From Christensenellales bacterium (GTDB lineage Bacteria; Bacillota; Clostridia; Christensenellales; UBA1242), in the NCBI GenBank assembly GCA_051883495.1, contig JBJETV010000024.1:20483-84482 (forward strand): 64,000 nucleotides of DNA, in the 5' to 3' direction. Positions 1-15,000 of the stretch are shown in pieces. How positions within the stretch are numbered: the first letter of the stretch is position 1; each line of letters starts with the position of its first letter. The position numbers and the translations under genes were made by a program. Below the pieces are notes generated by a model. The model was not told the DNA's origin. It saw only the letters and a program-made list of their open reading frames with translations, and made no database searches.

Positions 1-3000
1 ATGTTGTAGTGAGGCGTTGATTGCGTTTTGCAAACTTTCGTGAATATAAACAATGTTTGCATCCTTATCCATAACTTGATATGCCTGTGGGGCAAGGACT
101 AGATAATCTTCATTTGGTGATTTACCTTGTCTTAAGGTGTAATCTGAATCGATAGGAATGCTGAATGAAGCCACTGCCGTTTCAATATTTGTAGCACCTA
201 CATATACAACCTTGGTTTCGAAAGGAACACCTTTGTCCACTAGCAGTGTTATATGTGCCTCCATTCTGCTTATATTACTTGCCACAAAGAATGTATCTTT
301 GTATTCACCAAAAGCATTTGTTTCGTGTTTTAGATATATCTTTTGATTTAGGCCGGAATAATCAAAGTCGGAATTGAAAATGAATGCTTTATTTGTTGTT
401 GCTGTTGGAGTGACAAAATTGGACATCTTTGTTTCGCCAGAAATATAAATGGTCGCGGTTGGTTCGCCATCAGTTTTTTCTCCCAAAGCAACACCTGCTC
501 CAGCCACCATAAAACTGTCGCCTGCAAACCAAATATCTTGACTATAATTATACTCCGAGCTACATTTGTTGCTATAAATTTGGGTATTTTGAAGTGTAAC
601 ATTTACACCTTTAACATAAATACCGCCAGCATATCCAGTGGATGTGTTGTTGATAATGTCTGTGTTCATTATTTCTGCGCTTTCTTCGTTTCCTCTACCA
701 GCCAAATACAACCCACCACCAAGACTTGCTTTGTTGTTTGACACTTCCACATTTGCGTTGCTTGTTGATTCGTCAGTGTATGCAGAGAATGTTAGTATGC
801 CGGCAACCATCATCAATCCACCACCAAAGTCTGCATTATTGTCTGAAATCTTGCCACCACGAATATTAAGTCTGCCACTTGCAAGATAGACACCACCACC
901 AGAATTTGTTGTGTTGCCACTTATTTCTGTGTTGCTTATAGACACATTGCCACTTAAGACATACACTCCACCACCAAATGAAGAATCTTCATCAGATTTT
1001 GTGTTTGACGAAATTGTATAGGACAGGACAACAACAGTCCCGCCACTAACGTATAATCCTCCGCCATATGTTGCAGTATTACCTGTAATATAACCTGTAT
1101 TATCTTCATTTGTATTGTGGATAGTTACTTCACCTTCTTTTACATAAACAGCCCCACCACTATTAGCGCTATTTTCAGCAAAAGTTGAGCATTTCACTTC
1201 CATAGGTTTGGTATCTTTTCCTGCAAAATACACTGCGCCACCTGCATTGCAAGTTGTATCCACAGAATTGCCATTTTTACTAAAGGAACATCCAATAATA
1301 GTTGCTTGCCCTATCGCATAAACTGCACCACCATATGAGCTTGAATTTTCAGTAAATACACTATTTTGCATATCGATAGAACCTTCATCACAGATATAAA
1401 TTGCACCACCATTATTTGCACTGTTGCCTGTAAAGGTTGAATTTTTCAACAAAATTGTGCCTGCTGTTTGATATATTGCTCCACCATTTTCGCTAGCAAA
1501 ATTTTCTGATAACAATGTCGCTGAGGAATCACTACCAATATTCAATGCCCCCTGTGAATAAATCGCTCCACCATTAGTTGCATTATTATCTGACAACACA
1601 CCACTGATTATCTGCGCTGTGCCCGCCTTAATCGCAATCGCACCACCGTTTATTGCCGAGCAATTTTTAATAGTACCACTGAACATATTGAAAGTTGACT
1701 CTCTGTCTTGAATATACACTGCACCACCATTAGAGGAGATGTTTGTGCCATTTTGAATAGTAACACCTTCAAATATATTCAAACAACCATTCTTTTCTAT
1801 TCTAAAGATTGCCTCTGTTGCATCAATCTTTTGAGAAATATCATCACTTTCATAACTTCCAAAGATATCAAGAGTTTCTACAGATTCACGATATGTTATT
1901 TCTTCTATGTCATAATTGAGAGAAAGTGTCCCCATTACAACAAACATACTGCCAGTATAAGTTTCTTTTCGATAAATCTTTGCAGAAGCATCTTTTTGAC
2001 GTGTAACGATTATATTTTGATTGTTTGTAATCTCAACCACATTATTTATACCAATCATTTGGTCTGCAAATATCTCAAAAATATATTGTTTTAATGTATT
2101 TGTAGATTGTTCCACTGCATCTTTTAAGCTTGCATAATTTATTGGTTTGCCTGGCACTGTTACATCAACAACTGTTGCAGTAGTTGCATAAATGTATGCC
2201 CCAACACGAGCAAAGCACACCCCATCACAAACAAACTTGCTTGCGCCCGCGACAGAATATTTTTCATCACTAAATTTTGCAACTAATATTCCATTTTCGT
2301 CATCCCACAGAGATTTATCTTCTGGGTTAGAATCCATATACAGTCTTATCCTGTTCTTTCTCATGGATATATCACCCTCACTACCCAATGTGCGTGCGGT
2401 AACTTCAATCACCTTTCCTCTTGGGAGATATACTCCGTTGCCATCTTCTGCATCACCCATAGATGTATTATTGGAAATGGAAAGAGCATATTTCTTTGCG
2501 TCGTTAGCAATATAAACATTGTAAAATTCTGTACTTTTGCCTGTATTGTTAAGAGTTTTCACTTCATCAAGAACTACTCTTGCGTTTTCACCTACAAATA
2601 TTGCTCCGCCTTGTTCGGTTGCTACATTTTCTTCAAATTCTGCATTTTGGATGTTTATTGCACGTCTTGCATATATTGCACCGCCATATACAGCACTATT
2701 TTTACTAAACTTTACAGCCGAGAAGTCTATTTGTGCCTCTGTATCGTCTTCGCCATAGTTTACAAATAATCCGCCACCAGAGCCACTTAACGCACTACCC
2801 TCACTAATTGTAACAGAATTAAAAGTTAGTTTTCCATCATCAAAGAATATATTGCCTCCAAAGTTTGCAGAATTCATTTTTATTTCTGAGTTCTCAACAG
2901 ATACTGCTCCGCCTTCTACATAAAGTCCACCACCAGAACCAGTGGATATGTTTTCAGCAATTTCACAATTTTTAATAGACACTTCACCATTAGAAATCAG

Positions 3001-6000
3001 CAAACCAGCACCTTTTTTGGCATTATTATTTAAGATTTTAGCATTTTCAATCTCTACTTTTCCATTCTTTACATATACTGCACCAATTTGGTCGCCTATG
3101 TTTTCTGATATTTCCACTCCGCTTAGTCTGACTTCACTAGAAATAGCCCTATCCTCTGCAATCACTATGCCTGCACCTGCGTAGGCTCTGTTTCCGCTTA
3201 TTACAGTTTCCTTGCCTGTGATGTTAAGTTTTGCACCATCAACATATATTCCACCACCCAAAACATCTGTCCCGATATTCACTCTTGTAGTGTTGCCATC
3301 AACTATACTGGAGTCGGTTATGTTTACAGCTTTCTCTGTTGACAAATAAATATTGCCACCAATTAAAGCACTATTGGATGAAAACTCTGAACTCGTAATA
3401 TTAACTATTCCACCTTGGACATAAAGACCGCCACCCATATTATTTGCAATGTTTTCTCCATGTTCCTTTTCTGAAGAACCAATCGTGCTATTCTCTACAA
3501 ACAACTCTCCGTCATACATTGCAATAGCACCACCAAAGTTGTTGGCTGTGTTAAAGTAGAATAGTGAATTTTTTCTTACAATTAACCAGCCATTTTCCAA
3601 GAACACTGCTCCACCTGACATACTTGCGTTGTTGCCTGCAAATTCACTTTGACCAATAGTGCTAGTAATACCTTGGCAATTTATGTAAACTGCTCCACCA
3701 TTTTCAGCACCATTGTTGGCAAAGTTTCCTTCTGTTATGTTAACTTCACAACCCTCTTGTGCAAACACCACACCGCCACTCTTGGTCATAATACTATCTT
3801 CAAACACACCATTGTGGTGTATTGATGCTCTTGCAATATTTAGTGTTGTGCCATCTGTTATGTAGAACACCCCACCTTTTTGGGTAGCATAGTTGTTGTA
3901 GAACTCTGCACCTGTAATATTTATAGCACCCCCTGTAGCATACACTACCGACCCATTTTGTGAAATGTGGTCATATATATATGCACCTATATCAAAGCTA
4001 ACAACACCACCATTTAACACTATCAAACTGTTGGCACTTTCTCTTTTGTTGCCGATAATATTTAGATTGGCATTGACATATTTAGAACTATCACTATCTA
4101 CAAAACTTCCGCCAAAGGAAATATTTCCATTGCTTTGCACATCAAATACGCTATCAAGTGTATCTCTTGTAATATTGATATAGTCTTCTCTGCCTTCGGA
4201 GTTAAGCTTTTCGTATCCTGCATATATGGAGATTGTTTTTTCTATTGATATAGTTGTTTTTAGTTTGATATCACTCTTAACAATAATCTTGTTGCCGTTT
4301 TGAGCATTTGCTATTGCATCTTCTAGGTTGGAATAGAACCCAACTCTTTCGTTTGCACTATTTAGCACATCAATCAAATTGTCAACAACTATGTTATATC
4401 TCAAATAGCCTTGCAATTCTTCCGTTCTTAGAAGCATTTGATAGAAGTTGATGTTTGTATAAACAACACCTGTGCGGTCTTCTTCTATATCGCTGGCAGT
4501 AATACCTGTGCCGTTTACTACCGCATCAAATGCCAAAACAGAATACAATCTTGCTTCTTTCAATGTATATAGATTTTCAAATGCTTTTGCCCCGCCAAAG
4601 TCTTCTGTTTCGCCAGAAAGAACAACTTTTTGAAGTCCTGTATTATCAAATACTCTTTGACCAAACGAAGCAATATTGCTCAAATCTAAACTCTTAGGAA
4701 TATTCACACAACCTGCAAATGCGTAAGAGCCAATGCTTGTAATGGTAGAAATGTTAAATGTTCCCTCTGTGCCCACTTCTGTTAGGTTTTCACAATCACT
4801 AAAAGCATATTGCCCAATGGTTGTTACACTGCTAGCAAACAACACTCGTTGCAATTTTTCAAACCCTTCAAAAGCATAATCTCCAATGGTTGTTAGCCTT
4901 TCGCCTTTCACTTCCACTTGTGTAAGTTTTTGAGGCACAACAACTTCATTGTTTCTATCAACAAAAAGGTATTTTAGACTGCTTGCCCACACAACACTAT
5001 CTTCTTCGCCTTCTCCACCACCTACAAATGGTATTTCAAGAGAAGTCAATTCGTTAGTGTGCGCCAAAGAGCCTTGTTTAAGAGAGTTTACAGTTTGTGT
5101 TATTGCGATGCTTTCAAAAGATGTATTTGCAAAGGCAAAAGGCAAAACAGATGTTATGTCATAACTTGTTGAGCCACTGTCTGCAGTTTGTGGAACAACA
5201 TAAGTTTTTTCCCACATAGTCTTGGACAAAAGCACTGCAAACAACTCTGCACTTGTTCCATTGAACGCATACACATTCCCATCTTTACCAACAAATAGAT
5301 TTGTACTCTCGCTTTCTACAAAATTTATTTCACAAAGGCTGTTGTTTACAAATGCGCCATAGTCAATTGTTTGCGTCTGTTTGATATTGATTAAAGATTG
5401 CAAACCAACAGTATTTTCAAAAGCAAATGATTCAATGCCAAATTCGTCGAGAACAAATCTAAAATCGATTGACATTATATTGTTTTCACTTGGCAGAGAT
5501 GATATTGCTGTAATGTCTTCGCCAACAACTAGTGTGTCGTCCATAGGATAAAGTTTGTGTCTTGGCAATACAACTTCTGCTTTGTCAAGGCTACTTCCTA
5601 TTTCGCTAAGTCCAACAATTTTTGTGCCAGAATATTCAAAAACAAATGGATTGGTATATTCTTGCCACACCGCATAGAGAGTTACTTTGCCAGCAAATTT
5701 TGTAGTTTGTTCGCTTGCATTTTCATCAAGTGGAGAAATTTCTGCCACTGATGAATCTGGCGAATAAGACCAGCCGTCAAAATACGCATATATAGGGTTC
5801 TCGGCATCTATTGGGTCACCAATCTCCCACACGTTGCCTTCTATATCTGCAAACACAATGTCTATCTTTGTTCCGATATCAAATTTTTCAGTTTCATTGG
5901 AGTTTTCTGCCACAATATCCGTTGTGCTAGCTCCAATGATATTGTGAGTAGTATTTAGGATATATTCGATGCTATATTCTGTTTCTCTCACACCATACAA

Positions 6001-9000
6001 AGTCAAAATACCCAAAGAAACATCTTGATATTTTGCAAACTGCTCCATCACATCTTGACTGAGCATTAGCGAAGCACCCAGTTCGAAATTTACAACACTT
6101 CCGTCTGCTAGTATAGACCAACCATGAAGAATTGCAGGGTCTTCCATATCATTAGGAAGGACACAAGTAGTCGAACCAGTAGTATAAGCATTGGTCCCTT
6201 TTGGAGCAACATACAATTCGCTGGTTGGATATTCCCCATTGCCGTCTTCCACTTCAAAACGCAAAGTATATGGCAATGACTTCCATGCAACAAACAACTC
6301 CAATGTTGGTTTGCCAAATGTATTGGTTTGGATAGTTATTTCTCCGCTTTCATCAAAGAACAAGTTGGTTGAGTTAGATAGAGAAACATCTTTTGTTCTG
6401 CTCAAGAATCCAATTTCGTGTCCTACATAACTAAATGATAGCAACATATTCTTGCTTATTACAACAACACCACTAATATTTGGTTCTAACTCAACATACT
6501 TATCATCAAAAGCATTGGAGCGAACAATCACCGAATATTTTTGGAAAACAGGATAGAGGTCTATTCTATCTTCTACAGTAAAGTTGTATATCGTTTGTGC
6601 GTTTGTATATTCCACATCTTCCACACTGCCCATAGGTATGGTTGACCAACCGACAAAGTATAATAGATTTTTAGAGTAAGTAACCACTTCGTTTACATCA
6701 ATCAATTTTGCCGTTGCATCACCATAAACTGCCTCTACATTTACACTGTCAGAAGCCTCATCACTAGACTTGTGCAATGCCACAATATATTTGTTGCCTT
6801 GCCACACTGCATATACACTTACTGTGCTATCTGTGGTCAGATTTATTACAGTTAAGTTTTTACCGAACAAATATTGAACACCATCAGCAGTTTTCCAACC
6901 TATTTGAGTATATCCCAATACGGAGAATGTGCTACTAGACAATTCGCTTTCTACTCCATAAGTCATAGTAGTTGGCTCTACAGTTCCAGTTGCTTCTGGC
7001 ATGCCACTTTCATATATAACTTGATATTGTTTTGCTTCCCAGACGGCATAGAAGTGCAAAACTTCTGCCATATCTTTGTCCATCAAGACATTTTCGCCAA
7101 TCTTATAGACTTTCCCTTCTCCACTTGGTTGTATTCCCCAACCCTGAAGGGTGTATCCTGCCAAAAGCATTTCCTCTTCTCCAAGCAGAGCAAAGTTGCT
7201 GTCGTAAGACACAGTGATTGTTTTTACTTCTTCTTCAGAGTCATCTTTTGGATTGCTGTGGAAACTAACTTCATATTCCTTTGCCTGCCACACTGCATAC
7301 ACAATGGTGTCTTCTGCCTGCATTTCAAAGTTGCCTGCATCTAGGTCTATATTTGCAGAAGTTCCGTTGTTTGTGTCAAACCCCATAAGTGTATATCCAA
7401 ATCTCTGCAACCTTGCACCCAGTGCACCCAGCACTGATTGTGCATTTGCTCCTTCGCCTGACACATAAACATCTACACTTACACTTCCTTCTCCATATTC
7501 AATGTTTCGGAAATTATCATCAAGTATATTTTCCGCATTAAATGTGGCTTTTGTTTTGCTTAGTCCGTTGGAATCATTAAAGTTTAGTGTTAACCTATAA
7601 ATAGATTGAGAATAGATAGCCTTTATTTGAAGGTCGCCATAAGGCATAGTGCTATCTGGAGAGATTGCCTCAAGGCTTTCACCCGAAACAATTCCCCATG
7701 ATTCAAAGTCTTTTCTTTCCTTGCTGGCTGTTGTGTTTTTAAGCAACTCTTTAAGGTTTGTGCCATACAAAACATCAACAACATATTTTGTGCCATAGGT
7801 AGTAATATTCTCTAGGTCGCTACTTAATGAACCACTATCTGTGTCTATGATAAGAGAGAAGTATGCCCTTGTAATGACAACATCTTGAGAGTCTGCTTTT
7901 GTCCTATATTTTTCGCTGGCTTCTTCTGCCACTGCAAATTTTGATGAATCACAATCTAGGTCATCGTCAAATGTTGCAACCACCACACTGTCAGTTCCTG
8001 TTGGATAATTATCCAATGGGTTGGACGATTTGCGGTCTGTCTTATCAAGTGCCACAACAATAACTTTGCCTGAAGTTAGTTGTGAAGTAACCAATATTTT
8101 TGCTCCGTCAAACAATCTTACAACATCATTTATTGTTGCCCCACTAGCGACTTTCATCTTGCCACTTCTTACTTCACTGCTATTGCCCAGCACCACGATT
8201 TCGCCACTTGCACCATCTGCACCAACACTGCCTCCATAAACAGCCAATGTCCCACCTAGTGAAACATAAATATTGTCGCCACGAACACCACAAGTGTTTC
8301 TGCTGATATCTCCGCCAAACACTTCTAGAGTTCCACGAAGAACTGCCACTGCACCACCATATTGAGCAAAGTTTGTATTGATAGTAGCAAGTGAAATTCT
8401 TACTATGTGATTGTTGTAACTTTCAACCAATTCACCAATACAAATTGCCCCGCCATAAACAGCACTATTATCTGTAAACTTGCAAGAGGCTTCTAGATTT
8501 GTGTTGCACACCGCAGGTTCGTTGGTATCACCATCATAATACAACCCACCACCGTATGTAGCCTTGTTGTTTGTTACAACAGTCATAACTCCTATAACAA
8601 CTTTTCCAGTTCCTTTGGCCACATAAATAGCACCGCCATATCTTACACTGCTCTGCAAATCTTCAGATGTATATACATCTCCATTTCCATTGGTAAATGT
8701 AGCCGAATGGACACTGATACCATCTTCGCCTTCCACATATACACCAGCACCCTTGATTGCCGAGTTGTTGTCAAAGATTCCTCCAGCAATCTCTGTTGCA
8801 CTCTTTGTAAACACTGCCCCGCCACAATTTGCCAAGCAATTTGTAATAGTTGCGTTGGATACAAGCAAATTGCCACCATTCCAAACAGCACCGCCGTCCT
8901 TTTCTGACTGACAATTAGAAATATTCACTCCATTCAAGGCCAATTTGCCAAAGTTCTCTATGCCAGCACCATTTGTTTTGGCTATTTGATTGGTGATAAC

Positions 9001-12000
9001 CAACCCATTGCCAGCAACAAGACTTGCATCTTTCCTGACAAGCACTGCTCCGTTTGTGCTAACAGCATTTTTGCCGTCAAGAGTTATTGTAGCCCCGTCA
9101 CACCTAATTGTAACCTGACCACCAGCAATTTCTATAATATTTCCAACAAAGCCAGTAGCCCTAGAAATAACTATATTGTTGTTTGCGGTTATATTTACAG
9201 AAATATTTTTGTTAAACACCAATGCCTGACTTACTTCTATCCTGCTAGAAACAATTTCCAATGTATCTCCATCAAGCAAATCTCCTATTGCATCTCTAAC
9301 CGAATCATAATATATCCTACTTTCTTCGTCAGCGGAAACATTATTTTTTATAATAATAGCCTCTACTCTTTGCCACTTGCAGTAAAGTTTTAGTTTGGTT
9401 ATTCCCTTTATGTTGATTGACATATTAGAGAAGTTATACAGTGTATCCACTCCCTCGTCATACACTTCATTAGAGCCAGTAAACACCCCACAAATTGCAT
9501 GGTCTGGCTTGCTGAAAGCATCAACAAAGTCGGAGTAAGAGATATATCCCACTTTTTGTGGGTAGGTAAATTCTACATAAGTTTTCCCTGAAGATGTTGT
9601 CCCACCATTGCCATACAGTGTTACTGTAACCACAGTTTCTGTATAAGTGGCAACAAAGTGAACAACAGCCCCATTTTGTTCTATCAACTTTAGTTTTTGT
9701 TTGGTTTCCTCTGCACTAGAACCCATAGAACTCAATGAGAAATTGTTCCCGGAACTTATAGTTGCTATTTGAATAAAACTATTGTTGTTTATATCACGAT
9801 AGCACACTTTCCACTCTACAAATGTATAATATTGCCTACTTGGAACAGTTAGATAAACCCTGTCGGCATACATAATTGTTCCGCCACCAACTTCAACATA
9901 TTCATCTTTTTCGTTTTGATAATATGTTTTGTAGGAATATGGCAACTGCTCCCACACTGCTTTTAGTGTCAAATTGAGATATGGTTTGATAGATTGAGAA
10001 TTTATCCTTCTTCCATCTTCAATACACTCAAAATAATTTTGCAATCTATAGCCAGCCCTAAAGCCTTCTATTTCATCAAGGAATTTAAGTGTGTTGTCGT
10101 CAGAATCTTCAAAGTTGATATCAAAAGGTTCAGTATATGTTACACCCTTATAGGACAATTCTCCATAATTTGGGTCAATCTTTATCGATTCTGCCATTTT
10201 TACAATGTCAAGAAAGTTAGATTGTGGAATCAAAACAAACTTAGCGGTTTCTTCAATCAATTCAAAGCAACTTTCTGCACTTCTTGCCATTTGGGCATCA
10301 TCAAATTTCACCATATGCAATCCCTCTAATTCATAAACAGGGTTAACATCTATAAGGTGAATTCTTATTCTGTTTCTTTCGCCTATATAATTTGCAATAT
10401 TACCAGATAGATAGATTATGTGTTCATTCAATCTTTCTTTTTTTGTTGGTTTGAAATAAACATCTGTTAGATAAGATTGACAATCCATATCAATTTGTCC
10501 ATGGGTAGCATTTATTCCGTTTTCCACTGACTCAATCATTATCTTAGTGTCTATTTCTGCCCCTTCTGGAGATACAAATCTTGCCTTGCTAAACACAACA
10601 GTTGCCCTTTCTGCAATATAGATTTGATAATTTTCCTCTTCTGCAATTATTGTAGCAATATTTCCACTAATTGTTGCAGTTGAGCCATTTGCAATATAAA
10701 GTATTTCTCCATATCTCTTGCCTATATCACTGCTATCTTTAAGGGCATTCCCTTCAAATGTTGCCTTTTGGATAACTGTTTTCTTGCTGTCAGCAGATTG
10801 AGTAGAACTGATATATATGGCACCCCCACGCCATGCTTGATTGTTACGGAAAATGTTATTTTCTCCCTCAAACACCACATAACTAGTGCCTCCAACATAT
10901 ATTGCCCCACCACCAATAGATTCGTGTTGACAATAGTTGTCGCTAAGTAAGGCATTATTTAGCACCAATTTTGATTCGCCTTGTAGATAGAATGCTCCAC
11001 CGGTTACGGCAGTGTTGCCAGTGGCACTGCCCTCAAAGAAAATGTTTCCATTGTTTGCATACACAGCACCACCCAGTTGATTTTTCATAATGCCATTGCT
11101 AGCATCCGAACCACTTATTGTTACTTGTGCGCCAAGCGAAAGGATAAAGTTAGTAGTGCTTCCATCATAGTAAATTGCCCCACCATTATTAACATATCCG
11201 TTTTGTTCAAACGAAATATTGTCGATTTGAACATTTTCACCTAGTTCAAGTATGGCAATTGCACCGCCATAAATTGCTTTGTTTTGTTTGAATAAAGTTG
11301 TTTTTTCTGAAGAAATTGTTGTCTTTTTCAAACTTTGTTTTACATAAACAGCCCCACCAAATCCTTCTTTTGCCATGTTACCTTCAAAAATTCCGCCTTC
11401 CAGTACCAAGCCATTTGGCGCATAGATAGCCCCACCACTTTTTAGAGTTTCATTATTATTAAAGTTTACATTGCCTTCCAGCCAAAGAGTTTTTGTCGCA
11501 AATATTGCTCCACCATTTGCATTGGAAACGTTCCCTGTAAACTCAAAGTTATTTGTAGCAGAAATTTTTATTTCACTATCTGAGTATATAGCGCCACCAC
11601 CATACCCGCCAGCTCTAGCTTTGTTGCTAGAAAATCTACAATCAGAAAGTTGTGTCAGGCAGTTTTCACCTATATACAAAGCACCACCGTTTGTCGCTGT
11701 ATTGCTGGCAAACCACGCATTTTTAAGTGTAAATTTTGCATTGGAACTTACATATATTGCCCCACCATTTTGTTGTGCAATATTACTTTCCAATCCATCT
11801 GTGGTTATGCCAAATCTCACTCCGTCTGCACTTTCGCCTTGGATATTAAGTTCTGCATATTCACCAACATAAATTGCCCCACCATTTGTTGATATATTTC
11901 CCGAGAAAACTACTCCATTGCCTGTTATATTAACAACTCCACGTGCAGTCCTGCTTTCTTCCTCAGCAACATTTACAATACAGCCAAGAACAGTTATTAC

Positions 12001-15000
12001 ACCACCACGATTGGCATTTGAAACAGTTGCTTTTTCAAAAGTAACACTTCCGACCACATCAAGTGTGGAATCTGGATTTATTACAATCAAACTTTCAATT
12101 CTATCTTTTGCTGTTCCTTGAGAGATAACTATATTAGCATTGGTTTCGCCACGTAATGTCAATTTGCCTTGTGTAAGTTCATCGTCAACCTTTCTACCCA
12201 CAACAAACATTGCCTTTGAATTGTCAAAGTCGTCAGCCAGTTTTAGTGTTACTGTGCCAGTTTTTGACAACAAAATCACATCTGACAACACCACCATTTC
12301 TTCTTTTACTACAACTTCTGGTTTAAGCACCACCACATTATATTGTGAGTAACTTGTTCCATACACTTTGTTTGAAATATCACTAAACGCTTTTGCTATT
12401 GAAGTATAGAACCATCTATCTGAAGTTGAAGATTTGCTAGTTGGCTCTACATAACACTCTGCTTCTTCCCATATAGCATAAAGTTCATGACTACCAGTTG
12501 GCGACTCTGTTACTACATACTTTGCACCTGGTTGATACAAATCACCAATTTTGTCTTCTGCATAATTTTTATTTTTTGAGAAACCAACAAGTGCATAGTT
12601 TTCTCTTTTGCCAATTCCTTCAAACTCTCCACTGTTATACATCGTTGGCAAAATAATCTCTGTGCCAGGATAAACTTCTTTTGTTGCCGTTACGCTACTT
12701 GTTCCGTTGTCGTTGTTGTTGAGAATTAAATTTACATTTAACTTTTTGAAAACGACCGTTACAGATATTCTTTGTCCCAAGTCATTAAAATCTGAGTTTG
12801 GTGGTCCCATTACAAACGAATCATTTGCCCCATAGCCTGCGTTGCCATTTATTTTGTAATGAGAAAATTCGTAGCCGTCTGGTCTGATAAGTTGCCTAGA
12901 AACATATTTTCTTCCGTTGTCAACATCTATAAAAGAGTATCTTCCGTATTCATCAATAGATGTTTCATAATTGACTATATTTCCGTCTTTTTCGAATACA
13001 ACCTTTTGTGGATATACATTGGCATCTACTTTTTGTGGTTGACCTTCAACATTTTGTAAGTTCTTGAGTGTAACCTTTTGATTTGAAAGGTCTGTATCAT
13101 CTAGGAATACTGACCAAGCCCTGTCTTCACTGGTGCCGACATAATATTTTAGGTCAAAAGTATTGCCACCGAAACTCACTTGCTTTGTGTAATAGAAATA
13201 TCCTGCATAAATACCACTGCTCTCTATCGAGAAACTACTTGTGCTGGAACTATCGCCAAATACTACTCTCACTGGGTTTCCAGAACTATCTCTAGTCACT
13301 GATTTTACATCATCATATGTTACGAAAATAGTTTTGTTTATCTCGCTAGCAAGAGGAAGATTGAAAGTTGTCTTATATCCAACTCTCTTTTTGAGGATAT
13401 CCATCATACCCAAAGAGGAATCAAATTCCAAATCGTTGATTTCTACAGTTGTATAAGACATATCGTCATATTCAAAATTCACTTCATATTCATTTGGCTT
13501 CCAGCAAGCATAAATATAGAAGTTGTGCCCTGGGAAAGAGAAGTCGCTACCAGCACTGCTCTTTACATTTCGCAAATTACCAACATAGTTGAACACCCTT
13601 TCGCCAGATAGCACATGAGAATAGACGTCAACACTGCTCTCCCCTTCTGCAAAGGAATATTTTAGTCCCAAACCTTCAAAATCTGGATAAACTTCCAGTG
13701 CGTTTGGAGAAGCATTGTAATATGCCCAACCATTAAATTGATAACCATATCTCAACTTGCTTGGGATAACATTGTTGATTGTTGTCAAAACTTCATCATT
13801 TAATGGGTCGCTACATTTTATTGTTTTGCTTGCAATAACCTTTCCGTCACTGTCTTCTGACAAGTCCATAAACAATATCTCGTAATTATGCAACGACAGT
13901 ACAAGTGCACATTTTTCATCATCACATCTCAACACAAACGATGCACTTTGTGCCAATTCAAATACAGGCTTGTTGCCCTCTTCCAGATAATCTTTGTATG
14001 CTTGATAAATCTTAGTCTTGTTTTCTACACCTTCTTCCATCACAGATGCAAACTGCACAATAGGCTTGTTCATAACTGCATCTTTTGTAACAAAATCAAT
14101 AATAACCGAAGATGTTTCATCACTCTCTGTCTTTTTATTCAGCCAGTTTTCCTTGGACACTGTTATTTCGTAGAATCTTTTTTCTGATACAACTTGTTGT
14201 TTGCCATCTATTATTTGGGTATCTTCCTTGATATAAGTGCCAATAAATATATTTTGACCCTCTTTAATATACGCATTGCCGTATATTTCAAACTCTCCTT
14301 TGTTGAGTATTGCAATGTAGGTGCTGGTTATGTTGTTTTCCATCACCACATCGCCCAACCTTACTTTGCCGTTGTTGTAAATTGCACTAGCAGTGATACT
14401 ACCGACATTGTAACCAAGACTACCAGTTTGGAAGTCAAACTCTCCGTTTTCTTCCACATACACAGCCCCACCATAGTCTGCACTGTTGCCTTCATATTTT
14501 GGGTCTAGTGCGTTTTCTGCACTTCCACCAAATTCTTCGTTTTCTTCATACAATCCACTGCTGATATCGTTGACTTGTTCAAAAGTGTTTACATCTCTAA
14601 ATATCACCGAACCATTTGCAACATATATCATGCCACCATACTCTGCTAGACATAGGCTGAATGTAGAATTTGCCACAACCAACTTTCCGCCAGCAACATA
14701 TATTCCGCCACCACGTTTTGGGTTTATTTTTTGCTCGTCTTCATCTTCTATATAACCTGTCATATAAAATCTGACATAATTTATTTGAGATTCTGCTTCC
14801 AGCGCACCAGAGTTGTAATAAACACAAGCACCTTCTTCTGCATAGCAGTCTAACAGTTTAGAAGTGTAACTTTCTACTCCTGTCATAGTGAAATTCACAT
14901 TTTCCCCGACATATACAAATCCACCACGCTTTGCCCATGCATATTTGCAAGAAACCATACTCAATACGGCTGTATTTGTTTGTGAGGTTGAACCTTTAAT